This document shows, piece by piece, positions 1 to 7,719 of a DNA stretch of 37,332 nt (positions are counted from its first letter, which is position 1; the number at the start of each line of letters is the position of its first letter). Below the pieces are notes generated by a model. It did no database searches. It saw only the letters and a list, made by a program, of their open reading frames with translations, and was not told where the DNA came from. Source of the DNA: Candidatus Parcubacteria bacterium (GTDB lineage Bacteria; Patescibacteriota; Minisyncoccia; UBA6257; 2-01-FULL-56-20); contig DAIDLF010000035.1 in the NCBI GenBank assembly GCA_027449645.1, positions 1 to 37,332 of the forward strand. Direction: 5' to 3'. The translations under genes were made by a program, and so were the position numbers.

Positions 1-1009
1 CCACGCGATCGAACAGCGGGCGGTCCGGCGACGTGAGATAGCTTATGATCTCGACACTGCTCGATGCCGGCGTGCTGAACGCATTATTGTCGAAGCCCGG
101 CAGGTTCACGAGGGAAAGCACCGCGCCGCTCTGCGGATCGATCGCGAGGCCGAGGCCCACCTGCCTGCCCAGAAGCGAAAGCTCGTTCTGAATGCTGCCA
201 TAAAGCTCCTTCTGCAAACCGCCGTCGATCGTGAGGTGCACCGGCGTGCCAATGGTCGCCGCGGACTGCTCCTTGGCTCCCAGGACCTTGCCCTGCGCAT
301 TTTCAAATTTGACGTTGATGCCCGGCACGCCCTGGAGGGTGCTGTTGTAGTACGCCTCGATCCCGGTCTTCCCGATGACGTCGGTCGCGGCGAGCGACGG
401 ATCAGCCTTGAGATCGGCCTGCGTGACCCGCCCGGTATACCCGACCACCGAGGAGAATACCGGCCCGTTCGGATACACCCGTTCGAAATCCCCTTGGATC
501 TGGATGGTGGGAAGGGCAAGCGCCTGAAGGTTCACAAGTTCTGCCTGGCTCAGGTCGTCCACCAGGACGACCGGCGTCGCAAAGTCCTGGGACTCGCTCT
601 GTTTGAGGTCGCTCCATACGGTATCGGACGATACGCCGAGCACATTGGTCGCGGCGGCAAGCGTGTTCGCCTGCAGGGCAGGCTCGGAAAGGAATTTCCG
701 CGCATCGAGGAGCGCGGTGAACACCGCTTTGTTCTCCACGAGCGCATCGCCCTCGCGGTCATAGATGATCCCGCGCGGCGCGGGCGTCGCCTGCTCGGAT
801 GCCGCATTGTCCGCGGCACGGGCGGCGAAATAGCCGCCGTTCCAGACGGAAAGATAGGCGACCCGGCCCGCGACCGCGAGGACGACGCAGAGCACGGCCA
901 GGGAAAGGTGCCACAGCGACTTGTTGCCGATGGGAACCTCCACCATGCTGAGGTCCTGGCTCCAGTCGTCGTTCAGCGATTCTTCAAAGGGAATGTCCGG
1001 TTTCTTCAT
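1..1009 (-). CDS. mrdA: Penicillin-binding protein 2 / peptidoglycan transpeptidase, N-terminal ~336 aa (C-terminus lies beyond the left edge)
   Basis: Not in the ORF track because no stop falls inside the window. My reverse-complement translation from ATG 1009 reads MKKPDIPFEESLNDDW, then a TM segment (LSLAVLCVVLAVAG), then PRGIIYDREGDALVENK, YPNGPVFSSVVGYTG, HLTIDGGLQKEL. This matches the PBP2 N-terminal/dimerisation pattern. ATGA overlap with the mreD stop, and position after mreBCD. Confidence 0.8.
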   Translation of the reverse strand, partial: MKKPDIPFEESLNDDWSQDLSMVEVPIGNKSLWHLSLAVLCVVLAVAGRVAYLSVWNGGYFAARAADNAASEQATPAPRGIIYDREGDALVENKAVFTALLDARKFLSEPALQANTLAAATNVLGVSSDTVWSDLKQSESQDFATPVVLVDDLSQAELVNLQALALPTIQIQGDFERVYPNGPVFSSVVGYTGRVTQADLKADPSLAATDVIGKTGIEAYYNSTLQGVPGINVKFENAQGKVLGAKEQSAATIGTPVHLTIDGGLQKELYGSIQNELSLLGRQVGLGLAIDPQSGAVLSLVNLPGFDNNAFSTPASSSVEIISYLTSPDRPLFDRV

Positions 1010-1446
1010 GGCATGCGGTGTTCCGTGTCGCGGCGCAGGATGGCGAAGGCAAGCATGCCGGCGATGAGGCTCGCGCACGCATCCTCAAGGAAGATGACGG
1101 GGTTGGCAAGCAGGAAGTGCGGCGCGGCTGCGGCGTACAGCACCAGCAATCCTGCGAGGATCCCCGCCGGCGCGGCGGCCCATGGTTCCATGCGGAAGAT
1201 CCCCCGGAGCGCGAACACGGCGAACGGGACGGCGGCCACCACAAGAAGCTCCATGCTGATCCCCGGCCTCCAGCCGAGGAGGAAGATCCCCATAAGGACA
1301 AGGCACGCCGTTTCCCAAAATCCGAAAAAAAGGCCGAATACCGTGAGTACGGCAAATATCAGATCAAAGAAGACCCCGCCGCCCATGAGCCAAAACTGGA
1401 CGGCGGCGGCGAGCAGGAGGATGACAAGGGCAAGGGCGAATCGCAT
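1006..1446 (-). CDS. mreD: Rod shape-determining protein MreD (small polytopic membrane protein)
   Basis: 146-aa, almost entirely hydrophobic ORF. The call is mainly positional: TGATG overlap with the mreC stop and ATGA overlap with the mrdA start, matching the classical mreBCD-mrdA order. Confidence 0.6.
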   Translation of the reverse strand: MRFALALVILLLAAAVQFWLMGGGVFFDLIFAVLTVFGLFFGFWETACLVLMGIFLLGWRPGISMELLVVAAVPFAVFALRGIFRMEPWAAAPAGILAGLLVLYAAAAPHFLLANPVIFLEDACASLIAGMLAFAILRRDTEHRMP

Positions 1447-2135
1447 CAGGGTGCTTTTTGGATGGCGACGGTCTGGATGCGATTGATGTCGTATGCGAAG
1501 CTGAGCGACGCCTCCTGGAACAGACTGTCGGCGGAGGTACTCGTCGCCTTCACTTCGGCGATCGGAAGGCCATAAGGAAGGCCTGAGACGGCCGAGTAGA
1601 CGATATCCCCGGGGCTGATCGCCGAGCTTTTGGCGATGGAGCCGACTATGGGATAGAGCCCTCCTTCGAGCAGGCCGTCGTAGCCTTTTGTACCGATGCG
1701 CACCGGCATGCGGAGGCTCGTGTCAAAGATGGTCTGTACGGCGGCGCCGTCGCTCCATACGCGCATCACCTGGCCCACGAGCACGCCCTGGAACAGCACC
1801 GCATCGCCCTGTGCCACGCCCTGGTTCGTGCCGGCGTCCACCATCAGTTCATTTTTGAATCCAAACGGATACTGCGAATACACCATGGCGCGCACGGTAT
1901 GCGGCGTGGAAGTCGGCAATTCGGACTGGATGACCTCCAATTGCGCGAGTTGCGCCTTCAGGACCTCGCTCTCCGCTGCGGCATTTTGCCCATTTGCCCC
2001 GCCCGGCTCCGCCGGTCCCGCCACGAAAAAGTTGCGCACGCGGGCGCCATACGTGGGCGCGAAGACGATGAAAAGCAGGAGCACGGCGCAGAGTCCGCCC
2101 AAAAGCAAGGTATTGGTTCTTCGCTCTTTTGTCAT
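1446..2135 (-). CDS. mreC: Rod shape-determining protein MreC
   Basis: ORF 1446..2198. It has an N-terminal TM (LLLGGLCAVLLLFIVF), a coiled coil (ESEVLKAQLAQLEVIQ) and a beta-rich C-terminal domain. Start set at ATG 2135 (MTKERR) because the 2198 start would overlap mreB by 47 nt. Confidence 0.8.
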   Translation of the reverse strand: MTKERRTNTLLLGGLCAVLLLFIVFAPTYGARVRNFFVAGPAEPGGANGQNAAAESEVLKAQLAQLEVIQSELPTSTPHTVRAMVYSQYPFGFKNELMVDAGTNQGVAQGDAVLFQGVLVGQVMRVWSDGAAVQTIFDTSLRMPVRIGTKGYDGLLEGGLYPIVGSIAKSSAISPGDIVYSAVSGLPYGLPIAEVKATSTSADSLFQEASLSFAYDINRIQTVAIQKAP

Positions 2136-2151
2136 GATAAAAATCCCCGCC

Positions 2152-3195
2152 TTACAGATTAATGTAAAGCGGTTTGAGCGGATTGTCGAGGAGGCCATGA
2201 TGGCCCTCGAAGTCGTCCACCATCTGGCCGAGGCCGCGCGCCACGCAGGTGAGCGCGTCGTCGGCGACCGTCACCTTCACCCCGGTCTCCTTTTCCAGCA
2301 GTTCATCCAGGCCGCGCAGGAGCGCGCCGCCGCCGCACATCACGATGCCCTGGCGCAGGACGTCCCCCGCAAGCTCCGGCGGCGTTTCCTCGATCACCTC
2401 ATGCACCGAATCGATGATGGTGCGGAGTGATTTCGCGAGCGCCATGCGGACATGGTTGTTCTTGATGGTGATCTCGCGAGGCAGGCCCGTGGAAAAGTCG
2501 CGGCCGCGGATCGCCACTTCCATGCGCTCGTCGAGCGGGATGGCGGAACCGACCGCGATCTTCGCATATTCGGCTGTCGGCTCGCCGATCGCAAGATGGA
2601 ACTCGTCGCGCACGAAACGGATGATGTCCTCATTGAAGCGGTCGCCGGCGATCTTCAGGGTGCGCGAGACCACGATGCCGCCCATGGAGATCACCGCAAT
2701 GTCCGTCGTACCGCCGCCGATGTCCACGATCATGCTCGCCGAGGGCTGCATGATGGGAAGGCCCGCGCCGAGCGCCGCGGCGACCGGAGACTCCACAAGG
2801 TACACCTTGGAACAGCCGGCGTTCAGCGCCGCATCTTCCACGGATTTGCGTTCCACCTCGGTGAGGTTGTTCGGAATGGCGAGGAGCGCGCGGCGATAGG
2901 ACATGATCGGATGCGCCTTCGGGCGGCTGAGGAGGTGGCGCAGCATCTCTTCCGTCATCTCAAAGTCGGAGATCACGCCATTCACGAGCGGGCGCACCAC
3001 GTTGATGTGCGGCGGCACGCGGCCGAGCATCTTCTTCGCATCATCGCCCACCGCGAGCACATGATTGGTCTTGACGTTCACCGCCGCGACGGACGGCTCG
3101 TTCACCACGATGCCTTTGTTTTTGAGATAGATGAGAGAGTTCGCCGTGCCGAGATCGATGCCGATATCTTTGAATACGTTGTCGAAGAGTGCCAT
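2152..3195 (-). CDS. mreB: Rod shape-determining actin homologue MreB
   Basis: 347 aa with the actin/Hsp70-fold motifs IGIDLGTANS, DIGGGTTDIAV and CGGGALLRGLDELL. Confidence 0.97.
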   Translation of the reverse strand: MALFDNVFKDIGIDLGTANSLIYLKNKGIVVNEPSVAAVNVKTNHVLAVGDDAKKMLGRVPPHINVVRPLVNGVISDFEMTEEMLRHLLSRPKAHPIMSYRRALLAIPNNLTEVERKSVEDAALNAGCSKVYLVESPVAAALGAGLPIMQPSASMIVDIGGGTTDIAVISMGGIVVSRTLKIAGDRFNEDIIRFVRDEFHLAIGEPTAEYAKIAVGSAIPLDERMEVAIRGRDFSTGLPREITIKNNHVRMALAKSLRTIIDSVHEVIEETPPELAGDVLRQGIVMCGGGALLRGLDELLEKETGVKVTVADDALTCVARGLGQMVDDFEGHHGLLDNPLKPLYINL

Positions 3196-3201
3196 AATAG
3201 G

Positions 3202-4428
3202 TTACTTTTTGATGGTTTCGATCGCTTCAGGGAGGCCCATGACCTTGGCCTCCGCGCCATCGCGGCGCTTCAGCTCCACGGTGCCCTCACCGAGCTTGGG
3301 ACTCACCACCATGCGCCACGGAATGCCGACCAGATCGGCCTCCGCAAACTTCCCGCCGGCGGAAAGATCCCTGTCGTCATAGAGTACTTTGATGCCCGCA
3401 TTTTGTAAAGATTGGTACGCCGCATCGGCATCCGCGCCGCTGATGCCGAGAAGATGGACCGCAAAAGGAGCCACGGCATCCGGCCACACAATGCCGCGGT
3501 CATCGTGGAATTTCTCTACGATCACGCCCATCAGGCGCGAAATGCCGATGCCATAGCACCCCATCACCGGATGCTGCTTCTTGCCTTCGCGGTCGGTGAA
3601 CGTCACCTCAAAGTCCTTTACGAATTTCTGCCCGAGATCGAAGACATTCCCCACTTCCGACGCGCGGGCCTGGGAAAGCGTGCCCTTGCCGCAGCGCGTG
3701 CAGGTTTCCCCTTCTTTCTCTTTCGCGATCTCCACGTTTACGCAAAATTCGCATGCATCGCAATAGAGGATATCATCCTCGCCGGCATCCGTGAGCACCA
3801 TGAACTCGTAGGAGATCTTCTGCGTGAACGCGCCGCCTGACGCCTCCGTGGCCTTCGCCGTAAGCCCCAACCGTGCAAAGATCTTGAAATAGGCCTTTTT
3901 TACCTCGGCAAAATAGCGCTCAAAATCCTCCTGCGTGGCATGGAAGCTGTACATGTCCTTCATCAGGAACTCCACGCCGCGGAGCAGGCCGGACTTCGAA
4001 CGCAGCTCGTCGCGGAACTTCCAGTTGATCTGGTACACCGCCTTCGGCAGGTCCTTGTAGGTATTCACATACTTCATCACGAGCGGCGTCACCACCTCCT
4101 CCTCGCTTTGCCCCAGCGCATATTCCTTTTCCGTGCGGCTCTTGAGCTTGAACAGCACGTCGATCTTGTCCCAGCCGCCGGTCGTCATCCAGTTCGCTTT
4201 CGGATGGATGATCGGCATGGAGATCTCCTGGCCGCCGACCGCATCCATTTCCTCGCGCACAATCTGCTCTATGCGGTTCAGCACGCGCAGGCCGAGCGGC
4301 AGATAGCTGTATACCCCCGCCATCAGCTTGGACACGAACCCGGCACGGGCAAGCAGTTGGGCATTCACCGTCGCCTCATCCTTGGGGGCGTTCCGCTCAA
4401 TTTTGGTGAATAATTGGGATTGGCGCAT
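3202..4428 (-). CDS. proS: Prolyl-tRNA synthetase, bacterial type, lacking the INS editing domain
   Basis: N-terminus MRQSQLFTKIERNAPKDE..LLARAGFV, motif 2 FRDELRSKSGLLRGVEF, motif 3 GCYGIGISRLMG, plus a C-terminal anticodon-binding domain. Start at ATG 4428 fits the homologous N-terminus and the adjacent -10 box. Confidence 0.93.
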   Translation of the reverse strand: MRQSQLFTKIERNAPKDEATVNAQLLARAGFVSKLMAGVYSYLPLGLRVLNRIEQIVREEMDAVGGQEISMPIIHPKANWMTTGGWDKIDVLFKLKSRTEKEYALGQSEEEVVTPLVMKYVNTYKDLPKAVYQINWKFRDELRSKSGLLRGVEFLMKDMYSFHATQEDFERYFAEVKKAYFKIFARLGLTAKATEASGGAFTQKISYEFMVLTDAGEDDILYCDACEFCVNVEIAKEKEGETCTRCGKGTLSQARASEVGNVFDLGQKFVKDFEVTFTDREGKKQHPVMGCYGIGISRLMGVIVEKFHDDRGIVWPDAVAPFAVHLLGISGADADAAYQSLQNAGIKVLYDDRDLSAGGKFAEADLVGIPWRMVVSPKLGEGTVELKRRDGAEAKVMGLPEAIETIKK

Positions 4429-4436
4429 ATAGCGCC

Positions 4437-4445
4437 ATAGTAGCA
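4437..4445 (-). promoter_or_regulatory. Extended -10 promoter (TGcTACTAT) 8 nt upstream of the proS ATG
   Basis: The minus strand reads ATGCTACTATggcgctatATG. It lies just downstream of an intrinsic terminator, so proS-mreBCD-mrdA appears to start a new transcription unit. Confidence 0.5.
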
Positions 4446-4457
4446 TGGATTTTTGAT

Positions 4458-4482
4458 AAAAAAAAGCGGCGCAGAGGCGCCG
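4458..4482 (-). terminator. Rho-independent terminator after the SemiSWEET gene
   Basis: The minus strand reads CGGCGC-ctct-GCGCCG followed by T8 (A-run 4458-4465 on the plus strand). It starts 4 nt after the stop at 4486. Confidence 0.8.
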
Positions 4483-4485
4483 AGC

Positions 4486-4770
4486 TCAGCCTGATTGTTG
4501 CTCCTCCTTTTTCCGATAGATGAAACTCAACACCAATATTGTCCACGACCCTATCACGCCAAGCGCGAACCCCGAAATGATGGTGACATCCCCAAGATAG
4601 AGGCCGTAGCTCAACCACGACGCCGTGCCGACGGCAAAAATGGCGAAGGTGGAAATGGAGATATCCCCCACGGATTTCGTCTTGATGATCTTCCAGATCT
4701 GGGGATAATAGCCGAGCGACATCAATATGCCGGTGACCAATGCAAACCACTGGATGATCGCCTCCTTCAT
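4486..4770 (-). CDS. SemiSWEET / PQ-loop family small sugar-transporter-like membrane protein (94 aa, 3 TM)
   Basis: Three hydrophobic helices with the PQ motif (GYYPQIWKIIKTKSVGDIS). Start set at MKEAIIQW (ATG 4770), which forms an ATGA overlap with the stop of the upstream HD gene. The longer 4863 start would lie inside that gene. Confidence 0.7.
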   Translation of the reverse strand: MKEAIIQWFALVTGILMSLGYYPQIWKIIKTKSVGDISISTFAIFAVGTASWLSYGLYLGDVTIISGFALGVIGSWTILVLSFIYRKKEEQQSG

Positions 4771-5426
4771 GCCTTCTTCTTCGCCTTTGCTTCCTTTTTT
4801 GCCTTTGCCGTCCCCGGACCCTTCTTTTTCTTCGCGAACTTCGGGTCCCGCGAAATGAACCATTTGTCATTTTCGTCGAACCACCAGGCATCCGAATGGG
4901 TGGCAAGGAGATATTTCCCCACCGCCTTCCCCTGCTCGGTCTTCAGGCGCTTGATCGCGCTCGTGAGCCATGCCCGCGCTTTCGTATTGCCCCGCAATTC
5001 CTCCTCGCGCAGGGTGGCGATCCACTCCAGCTGGTCGGCATCCTTCACAAGCTTCGCCTCAAAGGACTGCTTGGCCTGCTCCTCGGCATAGAAATCCGCC
5101 ATCTCTTTCCCGAAGGGGATCTCCACGGAGAGGTCCCTGAACGCCTCAGCTTCTGCAAGGCGGCCGTAGCGCTGATGCACATAATTGAGGTCCGACGTGC
5201 GGCCCTCGGCAAAATCGTGGAACATGCTCATATAGACCACCTTTGCCCGGTCCGCTTCGGGCGCGAGGTAGCAAAGCGCGTAGGCAATATAGGTGGTACG
5301 AAGCAGGTGTTCCGCCACCGACTGGCTCCCGGTGCCAAGGAACCACAATCCCGAGCGGGGCGTCTTGCTCAAGATGCCGGCCTCATAGATGAAGTCCGCG
5401 ATGGCATGCAAGTCGTCCTTTTTCAT
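4767..5426 (-). CDS. HD-domain phosphohydrolase (YfbR-like 5'-nucleotidase family) with a lysine-rich C-terminal tail
   Basis: Motifs VAEHLLRT..., MFHDFAEGRTSDL (the HD motif) and LVKDADQLE. The C-terminal tail is KFAKKKKGPGTAKAKKEAKAKKKA. The start at 5444 in the track is TTG; ATG 5426 (MKKDDL) lies 6 nt after a TGgTATGAT box. Confidence 0.8.
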   Translation of the reverse strand: MKKDDLHAIADFIYEAGILSKTPRSGLWFLGTGSQSVAEHLLRTTYIAYALCYLAPEADRAKVVYMSMFHDFAEGRTSDLNYVHQRYGRLAEAEAFRDLSVEIPFGKEMADFYAEEQAKQSFEAKLVKDADQLEWIATLREEELRGNTKARAWLTSAIKRLKTEQGKAVGKYLLATHSDAWWFDENDKWFISRDPKFAKKKKGPGTAKAKKEAKAKKKA

Positions 5427-5432
5427 GCATCC

Positions 5433-5441
5433 ATCATACCA
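5433..5441 (-). promoter_or_regulatory. Extended -10 (TGgTATGAT) 6 nt upstream of the HD-hydrolase ATG
   Basis: The minus strand reads TTGTGGTATGATggatgcATG. Confidence 0.45.
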
Positions 5442-5450
5442 CAACCTCCC

Positions 5451-6575
5451 CTAAACGATCACCCCGCCGCCGAGCATCCGGCCGTCTTCGGCATAGCACA
5501 CTGCCGACTGGCCCGGAGCCACGAATTTCTGGGGACGGGCAAAGGCCAGCCGGAAGCCTCCATCCCGGGATCCGGATTCCTGCAATACCGCCTTCGCGAG
5601 CGGCTGGCGGTAGCGCACCCGCGCCAACACCTCCACAGGCCCCTTCTGCACGGCAGCCTGGATATCCTTGTTGATGAGATTGACCCCGACAAGCGCGACC
5701 TCCTTCCGATACAGCGCCTCATCTTCGCCGCCTTCGGCGACGATCACCGTGTTCGTGGCGGCATCCTTTGCTGCCACATAGAAGGGTTTGCGCGCCGCGG
5801 GGGCGCCGTGCCCGGCGCCGGTCTTTGGAAAACGGAAGTCCGCATCGATATGGCGCTGGCCGATGGTATAAAATTCCGCACCATGATGTTCGCCGATGGA
5901 TTCCCCTGCCGTGGTCACGAGCGGTCCTCGGCGCGAGGGAATATGTTCGCGCAAAAAATCATCCAGCGAAAATTTCCCGAGGAAGCAGATGCCCTGGGAG
6001 TCCTTCTTCTCCGCCGTCGGCAACCCGGCGCGCCGCGCAAGCTCGCGCACTTTGGGCTTCGGATAGGCTCCGATCGGGAAAAGGCATCGGGCAAGCTGGG
6101 CCTGGGTGAGCGTCCACAGGAAATAGGACTGGTCCTTGTTCGGATCCTCGGCAGCATAGAGCGCCTGTTCGGCCCGGCGACCGGCCCCGGACTTCCTTGT
6201 CTGCACATAATGCCCCGTGGCCACGAAATCAGCGCCCATCGCAAGCGCCTTCTCCATGAAGAGCCCGAATTTGATCTCACGGTTGCACATCACGTCAGGA
6301 TTCGGCGTGATGCCGGCGCGATAGCCTTCGATCATGTAGCGCACCACGCGCTCCCGGTACTGCGCCTCAAAATCCCACACATAGAACGGCATGCCGATCC
6401 GCTCCGCCACGCGCCGGGCGTCTTCGGCGTCCCGCTCGGCGCACCCGTCGAGATTGTACGAGCGCATGAACACGCCGACGACATCATAGCCGCCCCGCGC
6501 GAGAAGCAGCGCCGCAACGGATGAATCAACGCCGCCGGACATGCCGACGAAAACCTTGTTATGGGGACTTGACAT
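5451..6575 (-). CDS. mnmA: tRNA 2-thiouridine(34) synthase MnmA
   Basis: PP-loop motif VGMSGGVDSSVAA, the catalytic region GITPNPDVMCNREIKFG, and overall MnmA length (374 aa). Confidence 0.95.
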   Translation of the reverse strand: MSSPHNKVFVGMSGGVDSSVAALLLARGGYDVVGVFMRSYNLDGCAERDAEDARRVAERIGMPFYVWDFEAQYRERVVRYMIEGYRAGITPNPDVMCNREIKFGLFMEKALAMGADFVATGHYVQTRKSGAGRRAEQALYAAEDPNKDQSYFLWTLTQAQLARCLFPIGAYPKPKVRELARRAGLPTAEKKDSQGICFLGKFSLDDFLREHIPSRRGPLVTTAGESIGEHHGAEFYTIGQRHIDADFRFPKTGAGHGAPAARKPFYVAAKDAATNTVIVAEGGEDEALYRKEVALVGVNLINKDIQAAVQKGPVEVLARVRYRQPLAKAVLQESGSRDGGFRLAFARPQKFVAPGQSAVCYAEDGRMLGGGVIV

Positions 6576-6597
6576 TTTTAATAAAATAACATATTAT
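6569..6597 (+). promoter_or_regulatory. Near-consensus sigma70-type promoter TTGACA-17-TATTAT for the small ORF
   Basis: TTGACA at 6569-6574, a 17-nt AT-rich spacer, and TATTAT at 6592-6597. It is followed by a ~24-nt leader carrying AAGGAGG. The -35 overlaps the mnmA start codon on the other strand. Confidence 0.6.
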
Positions 6598-6621
6598 ATA
6601 TTCCGAGGTAAAGGAGGAATT

Positions 6622-6780
6622 ATGAGAGTAGGTAAGCTTTGGATTGCTGTACCCGCAGCTTTAGCCGCCGAAGCCGTCTATACTGCATTCAACCACGAAA
6701 TTGGGTGGACTGCTCTGTTGGTGGCACTAGTAGTTGCAAGTGGCATAGAGACAATTACCAATCAGGTAAAGGCTCGCTGA
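6622..6780 (+). CDS. Small hydrophobic protein (52 aa, two predicted TM segments), function unknown
   Basis: MRVGKLWIAVPAALAAEAVYTAFNHEIGWTALLVALVVASGIETITNQVKAR. A textbook SD (AAGGAGG, 6611-6617) lies 4 nt before the ATG. The ORF has its own promoter and terminator. Its G+C is about 49% by my hand count, clearly below the neighbours. Confidence 0.55.
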   Translation: MRVGKLWIAVPAALAAEAVYTAFNHEIGWTALLVALVVASGIETITNQVKAR

Positions 6781-6808
6781 TGGTTCCCTGTCGCCTTTAT
6801 CCCCTAGC

Positions 6809-6848
6809 CGGCGCAACACACTCGTGTTGCGCCGCTTTCTTTATTTTA
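6809..6848 (+). terminator. Rho-independent terminator of the small ORF
   Basis: Perfect 11-bp stem CGGCGCAACAC-actc-GTGTTGCGCCG (6809-6834), followed by the T-rich CTTTCTTTATTTTA. Confidence 0.8.
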
Positions 6849-6862
6849 TACCTTTGCTGAAT

Positions 6863-7054
6863 CGGGCATAGCTCGCGTCCTGCGTTATTTCGAAAACCTT
6901 GTTGACGCGAGGAAATTGCAGCGTTCGAAGCGAGTAGAAATTTTTCCGGGTACCCGCGAGTCTGCGAGCTGGGTGGAAAAATTTCGTTATGAGCGAGAAC
7001 GATGCCCGAGCAGCAACCGGTTTGAGAGATAGCGCAGGACGCGATCTATGCCCG
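6863..7054. repeat. 26-bp imperfect inverted repeat (24/26) enclosing a ~140-nt structured spacer and overlapping the efp stop codon
   Basis: The left arm (6863-6888, CGGGCATAGCTCGCGTCCTGCGTTAT) matches the reverse complement of 7029-7054 (CGGGCATAGATCGCGTCCTGCGCTAT). The spacer contains a perfect 11-bp hairpin: GAAATTTTTCC at 6937-6947 pairs with GGAAAAATTTC at 6975-6985. Confidence 0.85.
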
Positions 7055-7609
7055 CTCCACGTACTGGCCGGTCTGCGTATTGATGCGGATCATGTCCCCT
7101 TCATTGATGAAGAGCGGCGCGGAGATCTTTGCGCCTCCCTCGATCGTCACCACCTTGGTGCCGCCCTGCGCGGTATTGCCCTTGATCGCCGGAGGGGCTT
7201 CCGTCACTTTGAATTCCATCTTCACGGGAATCTCCACTTTGATGACCTTGTCCTCGAACACCATCGTCTGTACCTTGGTGTTCGGCTTCAGGAACTGGCC
7301 CTGATCACCCACCACGTCGCCTTCCAGCGCAAACCGCGCCTTGGGATTGCCCTCCTCATGGAACCAGTACTGGCCCTTGCTCTCATAGATGAAGATCGCC
7401 TGCTTGCGCCCGATCTCCGCCTCCTCAAACGAATCGCTCGCCTGGAAATTGCGGTCCAAAAGCTTGCCGGTAATGAGATTCCGGATGCGCGTCTGCACGA
7501 CGGCTTTGCGCTGTTGCATGCGCAAAAAATGGGTCTCAATGACCTCATACGGCGCGCCGTCCATGATGAACAGCACTCCCTTCGTAAGATCGGTATACGC
7601 GAGCGACAT
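7046..7609 (-). CDS. efp: Elongation factor P
   Basis: 187 aa with the EF-P three-domain pattern (MSLAYTDLTKGVLFIMDGAPYEVIE..., GGTKVVTIEGGAKISAPLFINEGDMIRINTQTGQYVERA). The loop that normally reads KPGKG is divergent (RMQQRKA). Confidence 0.93.
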   Translation of the reverse strand: MSLAYTDLTKGVLFIMDGAPYEVIETHFLRMQQRKAVVQTRIRNLITGKLLDRNFQASDSFEEAEIGRKQAIFIYESKGQYWFHEEGNPKARFALEGDVVGDQGQFLKPNTKVQTMVFEDKVIKVEIPVKMEFKVTEAPPAIKGNTAQGGTKVVTIEGGAKISAPLFINEGDMIRINTQTGQYVERA

Positions 7610-7619
7610 AACGGATATC

Positions 7620-7647
7620 AGTATAGCGAAATTTAAAATGTTTGCAA
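7620..7647 (-). promoter_or_regulatory. Candidate efp promoter TTGCAA-16-TATACT, 10 nt upstream of the ATG
   Basis: The minus strand reads TTGCAAacattttaaatttcgcTATACTgatatccgttATG. Confidence 0.45.
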
Positions 7648-7719
7648 CCGGAACCGTGCAGTATCCACGATATCCGCGGTATCCGCGGCAGCGGGCGCGA
7701 TGGCGCGCGGCGCGTGCAT

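Noticed and set aside
1446-2198. Upstream-extended starts given by the ORF track for mreC (2198), SemiSWEET (4863), HD (5444), rpsP (8533), murI (8566), rnhB (15704), grpE (22081), corA (22509), cysS (23569), obg (32148), ABC-F (33178), msrA (35929), the orphan (30277) and the small ORF (6541).
   Set aside because: The extensions overlap the upstream gene or promoter elements, have non-protein-like composition, or use TTG/GTG. The internal ATGs give N-termini matching the known families and fit the -10 or ATGA-coupling geometry.
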